Assembly: GCA_951406725.2 (NCBI GenBank)
Contig: OX597816.1
Location: 171,616,001-171,680,000 of the forward strand
Length of the DNA stretch: 64,000 bases
Source: Octopus vulgaris
Lineage: Eukaryota
Direction: 5' to 3'
Shown here in pieces: positions 1-12,683 of the stretch. The notes beneath the pieces were generated by a model, which did not search any database, was not told the origin of the DNA, and saw only the letters and a program-made list of their open reading frames with translations. The stretch's first letter is position 1. Each line of letters begins with the position of its first letter. Position numbers and translations under genes: made by a program.

Positions 1-88
1 AAACACATTCTACCAGTATACGAAGTTTAAAATTTTTTTAGTTACCTAGAAATTATGTTAAAAATTGCCGTTCAAACCGAAAAGATCC
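1..88 (+). mobile_element. Right end of telomeric-repeat MITE (cut by window edge)
   Basis: Ends in AAAATTGCCGTTCAAACCGAAAAGATCC, the same TIR and subterminal sequence as the full copies at 32729-33140 and elsewhere. Confidence 0.9.
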
Positions 89-871
89 CAAGAATAGATT
101 TAATATTTCAGTAAAGTATCCCAGGTTTGATTGGAACAATCATATATGAAGACTAAGAGCGCGTAAGTTGCTGCGATTGGAAATCGTTTTCTATTTAATA
201 TGCAATGGATTTGTAATTTCAATTCTGCATCATATATTGTACAACTAATTATTACTAGCAAGAAAGAAAATTCTATATTTTCTAATTTTAGCACAAATTA
301 TATTCCATATTTCTCTGTCTCTTGTCAAAACATTGCATTCGCTTCAAACATCGCCTTTGTATTTGTTTTGCACAAACTTGTCCGAAAGAAAGGCCTCAGG
401 AGCTGACCTCTTCTATCATTATTGAAGAACTGATGGAAGTAGACGTATATCATACTATATAATATATTGGTTAGCATGCTGTTAATTGTGGGAAACAGAT
501 ATCATTCTCAGTTTGAGCAATGTGAATGTCTAGGCAACAATACTTAACACCAACCATTGAAAATTTTAAAGTTCAGCGTGACACGCTGAAACGATCAGTT
601 TACCAGCTGCAAACGAGTGGTCTTTGTTCGCAATGCAGCCTCGGAAAGATTATTCTGCTCTCATGTGATTTTTCAGGGTCGTTCATCACCTTACTCCCCA
701 CCACTACAGACACACTTATTATCTGCAAAGCAGGGCTTTTAATCTCGTATTTGTGCTTGTTATTACAGTGATTTTGATAGTAAAATAACAAAGAAGTCCG
801 CTTTAAGTAGATATTAACCACTCGTTTAAAGTCTGAAGAAATTTCAAAGTTGTTTTATTTATTTATATATA

Positions 872-1268
872 CTAGCAGTATCGCCCGGCGTTGCTCGGGT
901 TTGTAAGGGAAATAACTATATAAGCATTTTTAGAGATGTAAAGTATAATAGCCATCTCAATATGGCTAACCACAAAGGGGGGGGGTGTTACTGTAGCTTT
1001 TTACGTTCTGAGATCTAATAATAAATTTTTAGAGAGTTATTTCCCTTATATATGCCAAAAATGGATTAAAAATGGGAAAAATTGATGGTAAATTTTTTTT
1101 AAATCGTAGACTCATCGTAGACGCGCGCTAATACCCAGAAGGGCTCGATATGAATCACGACTATAAGATACCCGGTTTTGGTTAAACTGCACCGCAAAAT
1201 GTGGGAGTAGTTAGGAATCTAAATTGTAGGAGACAGACAGCACACAACCTTACTTTTATATATAAAGA
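872..1268 (-). mobile_element. Non-autonomous Helitron
   Basis: Minus strand starts TCTTTATATATAAAAG and ends with hairpin CCCGAGC-AAC-GCCGGG shortly before CTAG; sits between A and T with no TSD. Confidence 0.75.
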
Positions 1269-1779
1269 TATTTGATTATTTTTTTTTAAATTTCAGCTTA
1301 TTGGGTACATCACTATTTTCTTTTATGACATCGGCATTATAGCATGTTAACAAAAACAGAGTAATGTGACATACATACTAATTTCAATTTTGGTTCATCC
1401 AAAGGAAATGCTTAGAAAGTAATTCTAAATAATCTTGATGCGTTGATTCTGCAGCGATTGAGCAGATATGTTATGAAAGGCGTCCCAACTCTGGCCATCC
1501 CGTTCTTCTCAGAGGCATTGTGTACCAAGGACTACGTTATCCAATCTGTTCCTCCTCTTCTGACAAATCTAATAAACTAAATTTTAAAAAAAATGTATTA
1601 GCAATATTACCGATAGGTAACATTTATCCCCACTGAAACGTGGATGTTCTGTTAAAAAAAAAACTATACTGTGGTAGATACCAGGAGAGAAACCATCATA
1701 TTCACTTTTTAGTGCAAAATGCACTCTTGCTTAAATCGCTAGCGGGGAGATAAAATCCTCGCTACCTCCAGCGCCGAGA

Positions 1780-1826
1780 CCACCAGATCGCCTGATTTCA
1801 ACCTTGTTTAGTCTCGTCAGTGATGG
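1780..1826 (-). ncRNA. Type I hammerhead ribozyme
   Basis: Minus strand: CCATCA-CTGACGA-GACT(AAACAA)GGTT-GAA-ATC(AGGC)GAT-C-TGGTGG; stems I, II and III pair, core intact, AUC cleavage triplet. Confidence 0.75.
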
Positions 1827-1949
1827 ATGCGCGATCGCTAGAGGCGATAGCGATTCATTAAAAAATACAGTCGAGCGTATTCTGAGCTAGATTTTACTGC
1901 TATTTATAACAGGACAGGCGATCACGTATTGCAGATGTAGGGTCGGACA

Positions 1950-3200
1950 CGTTGCCTGCATTCAAACTTAAAACTATTTGCAGTGAAGTTTTCATAAACC
2001 CATATGGAAAAGGTTTAGACCTTAGAAGCTCAAACAGTAATTTAATATGAGTTGCATATCTATGAATTTACAGATTCGTAATCTGCTTCAGGACATATAT
2101 GCCATAACAAGTTCTTACAATTGATATAGTGGCTCTTTCATTGTCTAGTATTTTAATCGCGGATGTTTCCATGTAGCAGAGGAGATGGCGACCGATAAGC
2201 ATGTTCACCATAGAGACTTTGTCGAGATAAGAAAGCCTCACCCGTGGTTGGAGCAGTGTCGAGAAGGGACTATGCTGAATTGGTCTTTCCACATTGGGTC
2301 AATTAAAAGCGCTGAAATCTCTTAATTCGGACAAGCCAAGTGAGTGCCTTCCACTCCACTTCGGGTCGAGGTCCTAATTCGAGGTCCCTGGCTGAATCAT
2401 AAAAGCAGGGCATACGATATCGATGGGCCATGCTGGAGTATCGAAAATCCCACTACCCCGCGTGCTCACCCGGCTACCTCGGGACACTTGGAATCGCACT
2501 GACTGCCGTTGATCTGCTTTAGACTCACCGACCCCACGACTGGAAGCTGGCTGGATCTGGGACCACCGCAGTGCCCGGCGTCCCCGGTAGCACCGCTCAT
2601 CTTAAAACAACGGTTGTTTAGGTGCGCTTATGATCCGTTTGTTCAGCTGGCGAATCAACTGACTGCAGATGCATGCACCCACTGGACGCGTGAACCTGTC
2701 CACGAAAGCCTAGAATCCTAGGGGTAACTGAATAGACTAGTTCCTGACTCGTCGACTGGGTTGAATGCTCGACCAGTAAACTGTGTGCTGCTTTGGATAC
2801 ATCGGTTGTATACCTCTTGCAGCCCCTCAGCGGGAAACTGGCTGGATCCAGGACTACTGCAACGCCTGGCAACGCATGTGGCATCGCCCACCTACATAGG
2901 TGGCATCGGGTATTTAGGTGCAGTTATGATCCGCCCAGATTGTTGGCGCGTCGATTATTGGACAGATTAGTGTACCTCATAGACGTGTGGCCTGGTCCAC
3001 GAAAGCTGAGTGTCGCAGGGGGGAAGTGGTCCACGTTCACGGGATAGGCTTGAAGAGAGAGCAACCCTTGCAACACTCCGTGCACCCGGCGTGCAGTCAT
3101 CTTTTGGGTTCGGCTACAGAGAATACGTTCGTCGGCTCGGTATCGCAGATCTGTCTGGGTGGTGGGCAGGTCAGGGGTCCACCGCTTATATCAGAGTCAG
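1950..3200 (-). pseudogene. Decayed retroelement coding region: several PHD-finger-like remnants followed by a PLE GIY-YIG C-terminal-like remnant
   Basis: Frameshifted motifs KR*LHAGCT..TWT, RCHLCRW/CHMRC, QWVHA/ICSQL; downstream IGRHLL...YVL/EADY, then the hammerhead at 1780-1826. Confidence 0.4.
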
Positions 3201-3704
3201 GTCACTGGTCAGGTTTCGGACGTCGTTTCCTGCGTGCTTGGCTTAGCTCTCTGGACGCGTGGTAGCGTCCACCTTAAAAACGGTATTGACTCGACAACTC
3301 GGATATAACAACAATGGGCTCGGACGTGTGTGACAACCGATGCTGTTGACGAATTGCAGTGGGACCGCCCACGTAACGCCAAAGGAAAGATGCGGTATCG
3401 CATTCGTGAATACTTATATTTGTACCTTATATCCACACCCCAATTATTCCTAAAAAAATAAGAGAAAAAAACAGTGGCCAAGTTTTGGAAAGGCAAAAAG
3501 TAGTAGTGTTGAAAAAACGTGGTGTTGTTTCTATCTCTTCACGTTCTGACGCATTTTACGTTCAGGCCGGCTCTTTCCGTTCTATGTTCAAATCTCCCCG
3601 AAGTTGTCATTGTCTTTTATCCCTCGGGAATAATAAAATAAAGCGCCAATTTGTTACTGCAGTCAACAGTATCAAATAAACGGTCCCTTAAAATCTGCTG
3701 CCCT

Positions 3705-3734
3705 TAATTAGAAAGTTGCACACACACACACATA

Positions 3735-3768
<34 letters not shown>

Positions 3769-4087
3769 ACACACACACACACTCATGTATACAGGGTTGG
3801 CCAAAGGTTACCCGACAGTAAATCAGATCCATTTAATTCACAGATTTATTAATAAAAGCAACCAAATATATAACACCATGATCCTTGGTGTTGGAAGTTA
3901 AGTAAGCTTCGAGAAGTACGGATATATATATATATCAATCAATATCAGGATAGCAAACAAATTCAAGAGAAATTTTTTCGCCACCAGCGGTCTAGTGAGA
4001 AGGAAAAAATAGTCAACAGACTATATAATGTATATTCAACAATAATATTAAGGAATGGCCTTGATAGGCCATTCCTTAATATTATTG

Positions 4088-4128
<41 letters not shown>

Positions 4129-4185
4129 CAGCCCAAGGGTTGTGGGCATATATGTTTGAATATTTATATACATCACATTATCAGC
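3705..4185 (+). repeat. Local duplication copy 1 (partner 5698-6080); carries an internally deleted Tc1/mariner MITE and an extra insert in its (TA)n tract
   Basis: Shared blocks TTAATTAGAAAGTT-(CA)n-CTCATGTATACAGGGTTGGCC...ATCCTTGGTGTTGGAAGTTAG...CATCACATTATCAGCA. Confidence 0.85.
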
Positions 4186-4208
4186 AGTGGCTGAACCAGA
4201 AAGGTCAT

Positions 4209-4268
4209 TATGTATGTATGTATGTATGTATGTATGTATGTATGTATGTATGTATGTATGTATGTATG

Positions 4269-4334
<66 letters not shown>

Positions 4335-4345
4335 CATAAATATAT
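4209..4345. repeat. (TATG)n/(TA)n microsatellite
   Basis: Direct inspection. Confidence 0.95.
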
Positions 4346-4960
4346 ATTATATAAAATCCGTTCTGACTGTCTGTCTGTCTGTGTGTCTTCTAGGATCTCG
4401 GGCATCCTCCATCATATTGCACTAAAATTTGATAGCTAGATACTGACGGTATCAGGGCGTGTATAAGTCTTGAAAAAATTACAAAAATCGATTCCAGGTG
4501 AGAATGCGATCGATAAAGCCGTGGGAGTGTGCACTTGTACGCGCAAGTACATCAGCTGTTGCGATCGATACTACGCGTACGCGAGAAAAATGCACGTGCA
4601 GTTTGTGCAAAAAAAAGGCCGGCTTTCTTGAAATAATGCCACAAAATGGGACGGTCAGACAAGTTGCTTTGAGAAAATTTGGTTGAAATGTTTGACAACT
4701 CAGCACCGTCCATTGGACGGGGGACGTTTTGCTCGTATATACATATATACAAACAATAACAAAGATGGGTGAAGCTTTACACAGGTATTTCAGACATATT
4801 CTTTATTGAACAAAACAATTACGTCGTGTAAAAAAATCGTTTTCTGCTGGTGAGTTAAGAGTAAAATTTAACATTTAGGTTTTTCACACAAACAGTATAT
4901 AATGCGTATTGACCCTCACATTTAGGTTACAGCTGTGAGAATGTGAATGCATGCATAACT
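4345..4960 (+). mobile_element. Possible Helitron-like non-autonomous element (5' part)
   Basis: TATTATATAAAATCCG start followed by (CTGT)n, typical of Helitron-derived repeats; no clear 3' end. Confidence 0.35.
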
Positions 4961-5017
4961 GGAAGGACAAATCTGTGTAGACATATAGAAAGTAAATCTA
5001 TCTATCTATATATCTAT

Positions 5018-5200
5018 CCGCTCAGTCGAAGTCGACTCTTGGGCCGCTTCTTTCATATTGGCTATGTTCATTCCGGTATCACTCCTGATGGTGTCAAGCC
5101 AGCGGGTTCTTGGTCGGCCTCTTCCTCTCTTGCCACTGACCATTCCGAGCATGATGTCCTTCTCCAGGGATTTTCTCCGCATAATATGACCGAAATATGT
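5018..5200 (-). mobile_element. RTE (BovB-like) LINE 3' fragment
   Basis: Minus translation YFGHIMRRKSLEKDIMLGMVSGKRGRGRPRTRWLDTIR, the characteristic RTE C-terminus. Confidence 0.85.
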
Positions 5201-5736
5201 AATCGATAGGTAGAACTACATGCTTTAGTATTTAGTCGACACTCTCTTTGTAGTTTTTAATTCAGAAACATGATGAAAATACAGCCAAACCCACCTCATC
5301 TTTGTGTATATGTAGGACTATATTATTCAATGTGCCTTTCAGTTTTTTTTTTACTAAGATGGTTAGTTGTAATTTTAAGGAGATTTGTACAGAAACTCCT
5401 TCATTGGTTCAAATAAAAGACATAAATACTGCAAACGGTACTGGAAACTATGAGTCCTTGCAAATATAGTGGAGCAATACTTTCGATCAGGTTCTGCTCT
5501 TGAATAAATGAAATGATTAGAAATTTCGTTACGCTAAAATAATTAACGATACCAAAGCATTGTTAAATGTTAATAGACTGTTATAATGTTTGGTAGATAC
5601 AATTAAGTGATTGTTATTGAAAAAAGTAGTTATGTAGGGTTGCATTATCCGTATAAGAATATACAGAGTTTCTTACAGAACCGGATCTAGTCATAAGTTA
5701 ATTAGAAAGTTATACACACACACACACTCATGTATA

Positions 5737-5945
5737 CAGGGTTGGCCAAAGGTTACCCGACAGTAAATCAAAACCATTTAATTCAAAGATTTATTAATAA
5801 AAGCAACCAAATATATAACACCATGAAAATTGTTGAAACTGAAGTCCTTCTTGAGCGACACATTTTTCCATTCGAGTCAGTACAGAATCACAGACAGTAT
5901 TTATGGAATTTTGATATACTGTCGGGTGACTTTTGGCTAACCCTG
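5737..5945. mobile_element. Tc1/mariner-type MITE
   Basis: TA-CAGGGTTGGCCAAAGGTTACCCGACAGTA ... TACTGTCGGGTGACTTTTGGCTAACCCTG-TA; imperfect TIRs and TA TSD. Confidence 0.85.
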
Positions 5946-6894
5946 TATATAATATATAAATATAAGATCCTTGGTGTTGGAAGTTAGTAAGCTTCGAGTA
6001 GTATGGATATATATATATAATATCAACCCAAGGGCTGTGGGCATATATATTTGAATATTTATATGCATCACATTATCAGCATCTTTGTACCTCACAATCT
6101 GCTGGACCTCAAAATGATTAAATGGCATGTATGTTTTCAAGCTTGTATCATTAAGGGCTCACTAAAGCTTTCTTGGAGATGTATACTCAATAAGTTGGAA
6201 GTAATGAAATATGCATAACCAAGGCACTTGATCCTTGTTGTCCCGGATTAAGACATTTGATAATGATCGGAGACCAAATTAAAAATTACAAAATGTTTCA
6301 TCTTTAAAGTTAAAGGACTGAAAAATTATTATCATATTATATTTTGATATAATCGTATTAAATTTTGATATTAAAAGATAGGCGCCATGAATGACTTCTA
6401 TGAAAAAAGAAGGAATTGTCTTCAAACCGAGTTCTTGATCCAAAGGCAACGGCGTGAAATTCACTAAATATTTAGGCAATGATGTTAAACTGAGCGACGG
6501 ATTAAGTCAAGCCCTAACTCCCACAAAAAGCAGATGCAATTCTCTGACAATTTCTGTCTTCTCAAATTCACTGGCAGCAGCAAAGAAACCTCTATGTGAC
6601 CACTCCGCTAGAAATAGTAACCATATCTTCCTCAGATCGCTGCTCGCCGCCTTAAAAAATGGTGGTACACATTGTTTATCTAGTCCTAGATATACAAAAC
6701 GATAAGATGGTCACGGCTGTGATGTCTTTGATCATGGATCTCTTTGATTAGAACTGACCATGATGGAGGTCGACAACAACTCAATTTCACTCGTCAGGTT
6801 TGGTCGACCTTAGGCTACGGTAGAAAATACTTCCCCAAGATTCCAGGTAGTGGAACGGCACTTGAACTACGTGATTGCTAAATAAACTTATTAT

Positions 6895-7318
6895 AGGCGC
6901 AGGAGTGGCTGTGTGGTAAGTAGCTTGCTTACCAACAACATGGTTCCGGGTTCAGTCCCACTGCGTGGCACCTTGGGCAAGTGTCTTCTGCTATAGCCTC
7001 GGGCCGACCAAAGCCTTGTGAGTGGATTTGGTAGACGGAAACTGAAAGAAGTCCGTCGTATATATGTATATATATATATATATATATGTGTGTGTATGTT
7101 TGTGTGTGTATGTTTGTGTGTGTGTGTTTGTCCCCCTAGCATTGCTTGACAACCGATGCTGGTGTGTTTATGTCTCTGTTACTTAGCGGTTCGGCAAAAA
7201 AGACCGATAGAATAAGTACTGGGCTTACAAAGAATAAGTCCCGGGGTCGATTTGCTCGACTAAAGGCGGTGCTCCAGCATGGCCGCAGTCAAATGACTGA
7301 AACAAGTAAGTAAAAGAG
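6895..7318 (+). mobile_element. tRNA-derived SINE family A (internal microsatellite, GAGTAAAA-type tail)
   Basis: Head AGGCGCAGGAGTGGCTGTGTGG (A box) ... GGTTCAGTCCC (B box); about a dozen similar copies in the window. Confidence 0.9.
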
Positions 7319-7677
7319 AGAGCCAACCAGTCAAGCATATCTTCGTCCGTCCACACTGGAAAAGACGAATACATTTAGTGGCCCCCGAAAGAACATCATT
7401 ATTTTTTAATGTTACTTTGTTCCAACACATGATTCCTTCAATTCGGAGAGATATGTTGTGATAGTGTTTTGTATCAAAGTACAGAAAACTAACTACAAGT
7501 AATATGTTTACGACTACTCTTTTCTCTCTATGTTGCACTGAGAAACACTCAAGGGTGGACGTTGTTCCCTAATATCAGTAACCGCCATTGGAATCTTACT
7601 CTCTTATCAGGTATAAACTGACTTTAGATTCACTGGTGATTGTGCCTTGATGAATAAGCGTGAGTGTATGAACAGTC

Positions 7678-7818
7678 TGTGTGTGTTTGAGTGTGTGTGT
7701 TTGAGTGTGTGTCTGAGTGTGTGCGAGTGTGTGTGAGTGTGAGCGTATGTGTTTGAGTGTATGTGCATGCGCGTGCATTATTCTCTCTGTGTGTACGTGC
7801 GTATGTGAGTGAGTGAGC

Positions 7819-7890
<72 letters not shown>
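7678..7890. repeat. (TG)n microsatellite
   Basis: Direct inspection. Confidence 0.95.
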
Positions 7891-7892
<2 letters not shown>

Positions 7893-8100
7893 CAGCGTGT
7901 AAAACAAACTCGACAGAATAATTGTACATAATCACAATAAGAGTCAATAATACTAACACTGATAAGTGAATGAATCTTAACAGACTTTGATGCCTCTTAG
8001 TAACTTTTTCAGACACGATAACGTGGTTCATTTGCTTAAAAATTCAAGTTATAAATTGCTGTTCCAGGATCTAATCACGGTGGAGTTGAAATTATACACT

Positions 8101-8310
8101 TTTACTCTTTTACTCTTTTACTTGTTTCAGTCATTTGACTGCGGCCATGCTGGAGCACCACCTTTAGTGGAGCAGATCGATCCCGGGACTTATTCTTTGT
8201 AAGCCCAGTACTTATTCTATCGGTCTCTTTTGCCGAACCGCTAAGTGACGGGGACGTAAGCACACCAGCATCGGTTGTCAAGCAATGCTAGGGGGACAAA
8301 CACAGACACA

Positions 8311-8368
<58 letters not shown>

Positions 8369-8536
8369 CATATATACGACAGGCTTATTTCAGTTTCCGT
8401 CTACCAAATCCACTCACAAGGCATTGGTCGGCCTGGGGCTATAGCAGAAGACACTTGCCCAAGATGCCACGCAGTGGGACTGAACCCCGAACCATGTGGT
8501 TGGTTAGCAAACTACTTACCACACAGCCATTCCTGC
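8101..8536 (-). mobile_element. SINE family A
   Basis: Reverse-complement match to 6895-7318. Confidence 0.9.
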
Positions 8537-9208
8537 TGTGTTAACTAAATGGAAATTATATTTTCTAAAGTGTCTTATATAAAATATCTATGGCACAGAT
8601 TTGGTCAATGAGGAACTGAAGAGAACTTCAGAAGGCATAACTTGCCGTATGTTCAGCTGGTGTCTCAGACATTAGTGGTTATGACATCCAAAGTAGTTAG
8701 TTTGGAGTACTTTAGCCACCCTAGGATGGTGCAGGTTAAAATGCAGAGTAGCACTAAATGCAATAGTAGAGGGGTATCCAGGAATGAAAACCAGGTTGCG
8801 ACCCAGTTCATAGTATGAATAGTTAAGGGCCTAAACACTTGTATAAGGTGGGGGGGCTTCTTCTCTTAAAAACTGATACCCAACACTTCATAGAGTTTCT
8901 TGCTACACTACCACTTTTATTTAGTCAAAATACAACTAGACTTAGAAATGTTATTGTTCCCAACAAATATAAGGGTCTGATGCGCAGACATGAGAATACT
9001 TACAAAGAAAGAAGTTATAAAAAGCACACAGTCCAGTCATGTTTTCAATGCAACATGTTCTCCTCCACACACACACTTAAGCGAAGATGAGCCCGAGAGT
9101 AATGGTGCAACTTTTTTCTTATTAACTGATAGAGGACGTTCAAATTGTACACGTTGGTAGTAAAACTCTTCCTCTCTACAAAGGTATTACTCAATATAAT
9201 CACCCATC

Positions 9209-9860
9209 GAAGGTGGCGAGCAGGCAGAATCGTTTGCACGCCGGGCAAAATGCTTAGCGGCATTTCGTCCGCCGCTGCGTTCTGAGTTCAAATTCCGCCG
9301 AGGTCAACCTTATCTCTCATCCTTTCGGAGTCGATTAAATAAGTACCAGTTACGCACTGGGGTCGATGTAATCGACTTAATCCCTTTGTCTGTCCTTGTT
9401 TGTCCCCTCTGTGTGTAGCCCCTTGTGGGCAGTAAAGAAATAAGAATCGTTTGCACGCCGGGCAAAAGGCTTAGCGGCATTTCGCCCGTCTTCACGTTCT
9501 GAGTTTAAATTCCGCCGCGGTCAACCTTACCTCTCATCCTTTCGGAGTTTGATAAAATAAGTACCAGTTACGCACTGGGGTAGATGTAATCGACTTAATC
9601 CCTTTGTCTGTCCTTGTTTGTCCTCTCTGTGTTTAGCCCCTTGTGGGCAGTAAAGAAATAAGAATCTTTTGCACGCCGGGCAAAATGCTTAGCGGCATTT
9701 CACCCGTCTTTACGTTCTGAGTTCAAATTCCGCCGAGGTCAACCTTATCTCTCATCCTTTCGGAGTCGATAAAATAAGTACCAGTTGAGCACTGGTGTCG
9801 ATGCAATCGACTTATTCCTCACACGATATTTCTGGCCTTGTGCCAAAATTTGAAACCAGT
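9209..9860 (+). mobile_element. tRNA-derived SINE family B (Meta-domain-like), trimeric
   Basis: Three ~217-bp units with B box GAGTTCAAATTCC and core GGTCRACYTT..CATCCTTTCGGRGTCGAT..AATAAGTACCAG. Confidence 0.85.
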
Positions 9861-9879
9861 GTAATCATCATCAGAAGCA

Positions 9880-10760
9880 ATGAATTTACGCCATCGTTGC
9901 ACTTCCGAAACGTTTTTGAAAGAATTAGGTGCGTACTGTTGCACAAGTTTCTTCATCGTCACTTTCATCTTATCTGTTTCAACAAATCATTATCCTCAAA
10001 GAGCAGCCTTCATTGGATCAAACAAGTGGAAGTCAAAGGGCGGGCACCAGATCCGTGCTGTGCGACGGACAGGAAATACTGAACAGCCAAATTTACCGAT
10101 TGCCTAATCCGTTGCCGAAGATACATGTGGTCGTGCTTGGTAAATGTGGATCGGTTTCAGATTCTTGTCTCATCTCTTCCTCTTAATTGCTTCTCTAAGG
10201 CCTTTAACGTCTCAATGCGCCGCTCGCTGTTCACGCTACAACCGTGTTCCAGAAATTCAAAGAAAATGACGCTCTTGTCATCCCATAAAACAAACACTAC
10301 GACTTTCTGTGCCAATCGCTGGCTCTGGAACTTCGTCTTGGAGGAGAGTTGTGACACCATTCCATGGACTGATTTTTCATCTTCAAATTGTAAAGATACA
10401 CCCACATTTCATCCATTGTTACCAGATCGGAAAAGAATCAAACAAAAGAAAACATGTTTTCATTGGCTTCAAATACTTTCTGCCGATCAGAGCAGTAAGT
10501 CTTCCACCTTCTTTTGTAATGCATTGTAATTACATTCCAGGGTTCTCGCTTGTCTCTCTGCACCAAACAAACCGTCAACTAGTTGGAGATTTGTGTCAGA
10601 GGTCGCACTTGATGGTCACTCACTGCCTGGTTTGTCTTCAATGCTTTGCAACTACTTGAAAAGCTTCTATCACTCTCTATACATTATTCTTGTCAATGAT
10701 GTCCTCTCCAAAAAACAACTTATAGCCTTCTGTGGACGTCGTACGGCGCGTAACCCTCAT
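9880..10760 (-). pseudogene. Decayed mariner transposase
   Basis: KVVVFVLWDDKSVIFFEFLEHGCSVNSERRIETLKAL resembles mariner KVM..VFWD.KG...NSERY; downstream STDL..DFHLF remnant. Confidence 0.75.
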
Positions 10761-10964
10761 TCATCAAGAACTAAAGGAAGGCAAGCTTCTTCTTTTTGGA
10801 TCCTAATATTTGCATGCAATAAAGACAAACAAGAAAAAAAAATACTACAGAAGAAAAATCTCTCTACCAATCTGAGCAACCGATGTCATTTAATAAATAA
10901 TGTCCATTTTCACATTACTTTCCGTAAAATCCTCCTATACATACATATGTATATACATGGATGC

Positions 10965-11041
10965 ATGTGTATGTATGTATGTATGTATGTATGTATGTAT
11001 GTATGTATGTATGTATGTATGTATGTATGTATGTATGTATG

Positions 11042-11073
<32 letters not shown>

Positions 11074-11179
11074 TGTATGTATGTATGTATGTATGTATGT
11101 ATGTATGCATGTATGTAAATGCATGTGAGTATAGATAGGTATATACATACATATAGTATTTATCCGCATACACACACAC

Positions 11180-11212
<33 letters not shown>

Positions 11213-11298
11213 TGTATGTATGTATGTATGTATGTATGTATGTATGTATGTATGTACGTACGTATGTATGTATGTATTTATGTATGTATGTATGTATG
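10965..11298. repeat. (TATG)n microsatellites
   Basis: Direct inspection. Confidence 0.95.
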
Positions 11299-11898
11299 TC
11301 AGGTCACTTTCGAGTCAGGTCGAGTCATGTGTGTGCATGTCAGGTCACTTTCGAGTGCTACTGGTAACATGTAACCCAGTACAACCTGTTGCATGGTCGG
11401 GTCGTCGGCGACTAAACCGACAACCCCACCAAGCTTGCTTGGTGAAGAGGGTGTTTATTGGTCACCCTGCGGGATGAAAAACAAAACCCGTCAAAGGGCG
11501 GAGGAACTCTTGCGAGTCAACGGCCATCCAATAAATGTCTTAAAGCTGTATCATGCGCGGGGACATAGAAATAATCGGACTGAATACTCGATCGCGCGAT
11601 TAAACCATTGGGAGAGAAGGACTCCTAGCCTTTGTTAGGGCATCCTTCTAGGAGAAGGTAACTCAGGTAACTGGGATAACTCCGACATAAAACCTGCGGC
11701 TCAGTGGTTACCGATGATGTTGACTTGTTCTTCTTTTCGGATTATGGCTGCTGTTGCTTAGTGAGTGGGATTGACTCAGTGCACAGCCTTTCCTCACTTA
11801 AAAAAAATCTTCTTGCACAGGCATTGCACGATAACAACATTGATTAAGATTCGTGCAATGGGGCAGCATACTCGATAACAATGGGGCAGCCACCACCA
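11299..11898 (+). mobile_element. RTE-like LINE 5' UTR fragment
   Basis: GC-richer block flanked by (TATG)n; partial second copy at 45615-45777; contains a GGGCATCC..TAGGAGAAGG.AACTC motif of the kind seen in RTE 5' regions. Confidence 0.5.
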
Positions 11899-11917
11899 TG
11901 TATGTATGTATGTATGT

Positions 11918-12525
11918 ATGAAAAATAGAAGTTGAAAATGCATTGTGAATAGTTAGAATATTTTTTATCATTGTATTTAAAGATTTAACCGGTTTCACAG
12001 TTTACACTGATTTTCAAAATTTTGAAATAGAAAGACGTGGTTTATGTCGCATCTGTTTTGCTTCTGACTAGTGTTTGAAGTCTGTCCTATTTTTATAGGG
12101 AGTTCATGGTTCAAATCAGTATATGTTTTGAATAGAGATTGATTGGTAGAGAATAGTCACATGATTGCTCTTGGAAATTTTTGTTGGATCTCCGCTACGT
12201 CCGTGTGTTAGTATCAAGTGACAATGTTTAGCGTCGTAAGTTAAGGCTGACACGGTTGACTGAACAAGTCTGGTTGTGATACAAACCAATCAATTCTCTG
12301 GATGTTTTCTGTCAAGTTTGTAGAGAATGAACACGTGATTAAGTTTAGAACTTTTCAGTCCGCGCGTTAGCATCACGTGGCAGTATATTTTGCGTAATAT
12401 ACTGTGAAACCGGTTAAATCTTTAAATATGATAATAAAAAATATCTTAACTACTCTCGGTGCATTTTCAAATTCTACTTTTCCTATATTTCCACCCGTGT
12501 GGAATGATCTAAATTTGTTTGCAAA
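11918..12525 (-). mobile_element. Non-coding PLE-like unit with inverted end and degenerate hammerhead
   Basis: 11920-12003 is inverted at 12400-12485; minus 11982-12022 reads TTGAAAA-TCAG..CTGT-GAA-ACCGGT-T-AAATC (decayed hammerhead). Confidence 0.55.
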
Positions 12526-12550
12526 TATATATATATATATATATATATAT

Positions 12551-12683
12551 CTTTTACTCCTTTACTTGTTTCAGTCGTTTGACTGTGGCCATGCTGGACC
12601 ACCACCTTTAGTCGAGCAAATCGACCCCAGGACTTATTCTTTGTAAGCCTAGTACTTATTCTATCGGTCTGTTTAGCCGAACT
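12551..12683 (-). mobile_element. SINE family A 3' half
   Basis: Matches the tail region of other copies. Confidence 0.8.

Noticed and set aside
9209-9860. CRISPR-like or satellite array
   Set aside because: Tandem SINE units with no unique spacers; eukaryotic context
11345-11425. HDV-like ribozyme in the RTE-like 5' fragment
   Set aside because: Could not assign P1, P2 and L3 consistently
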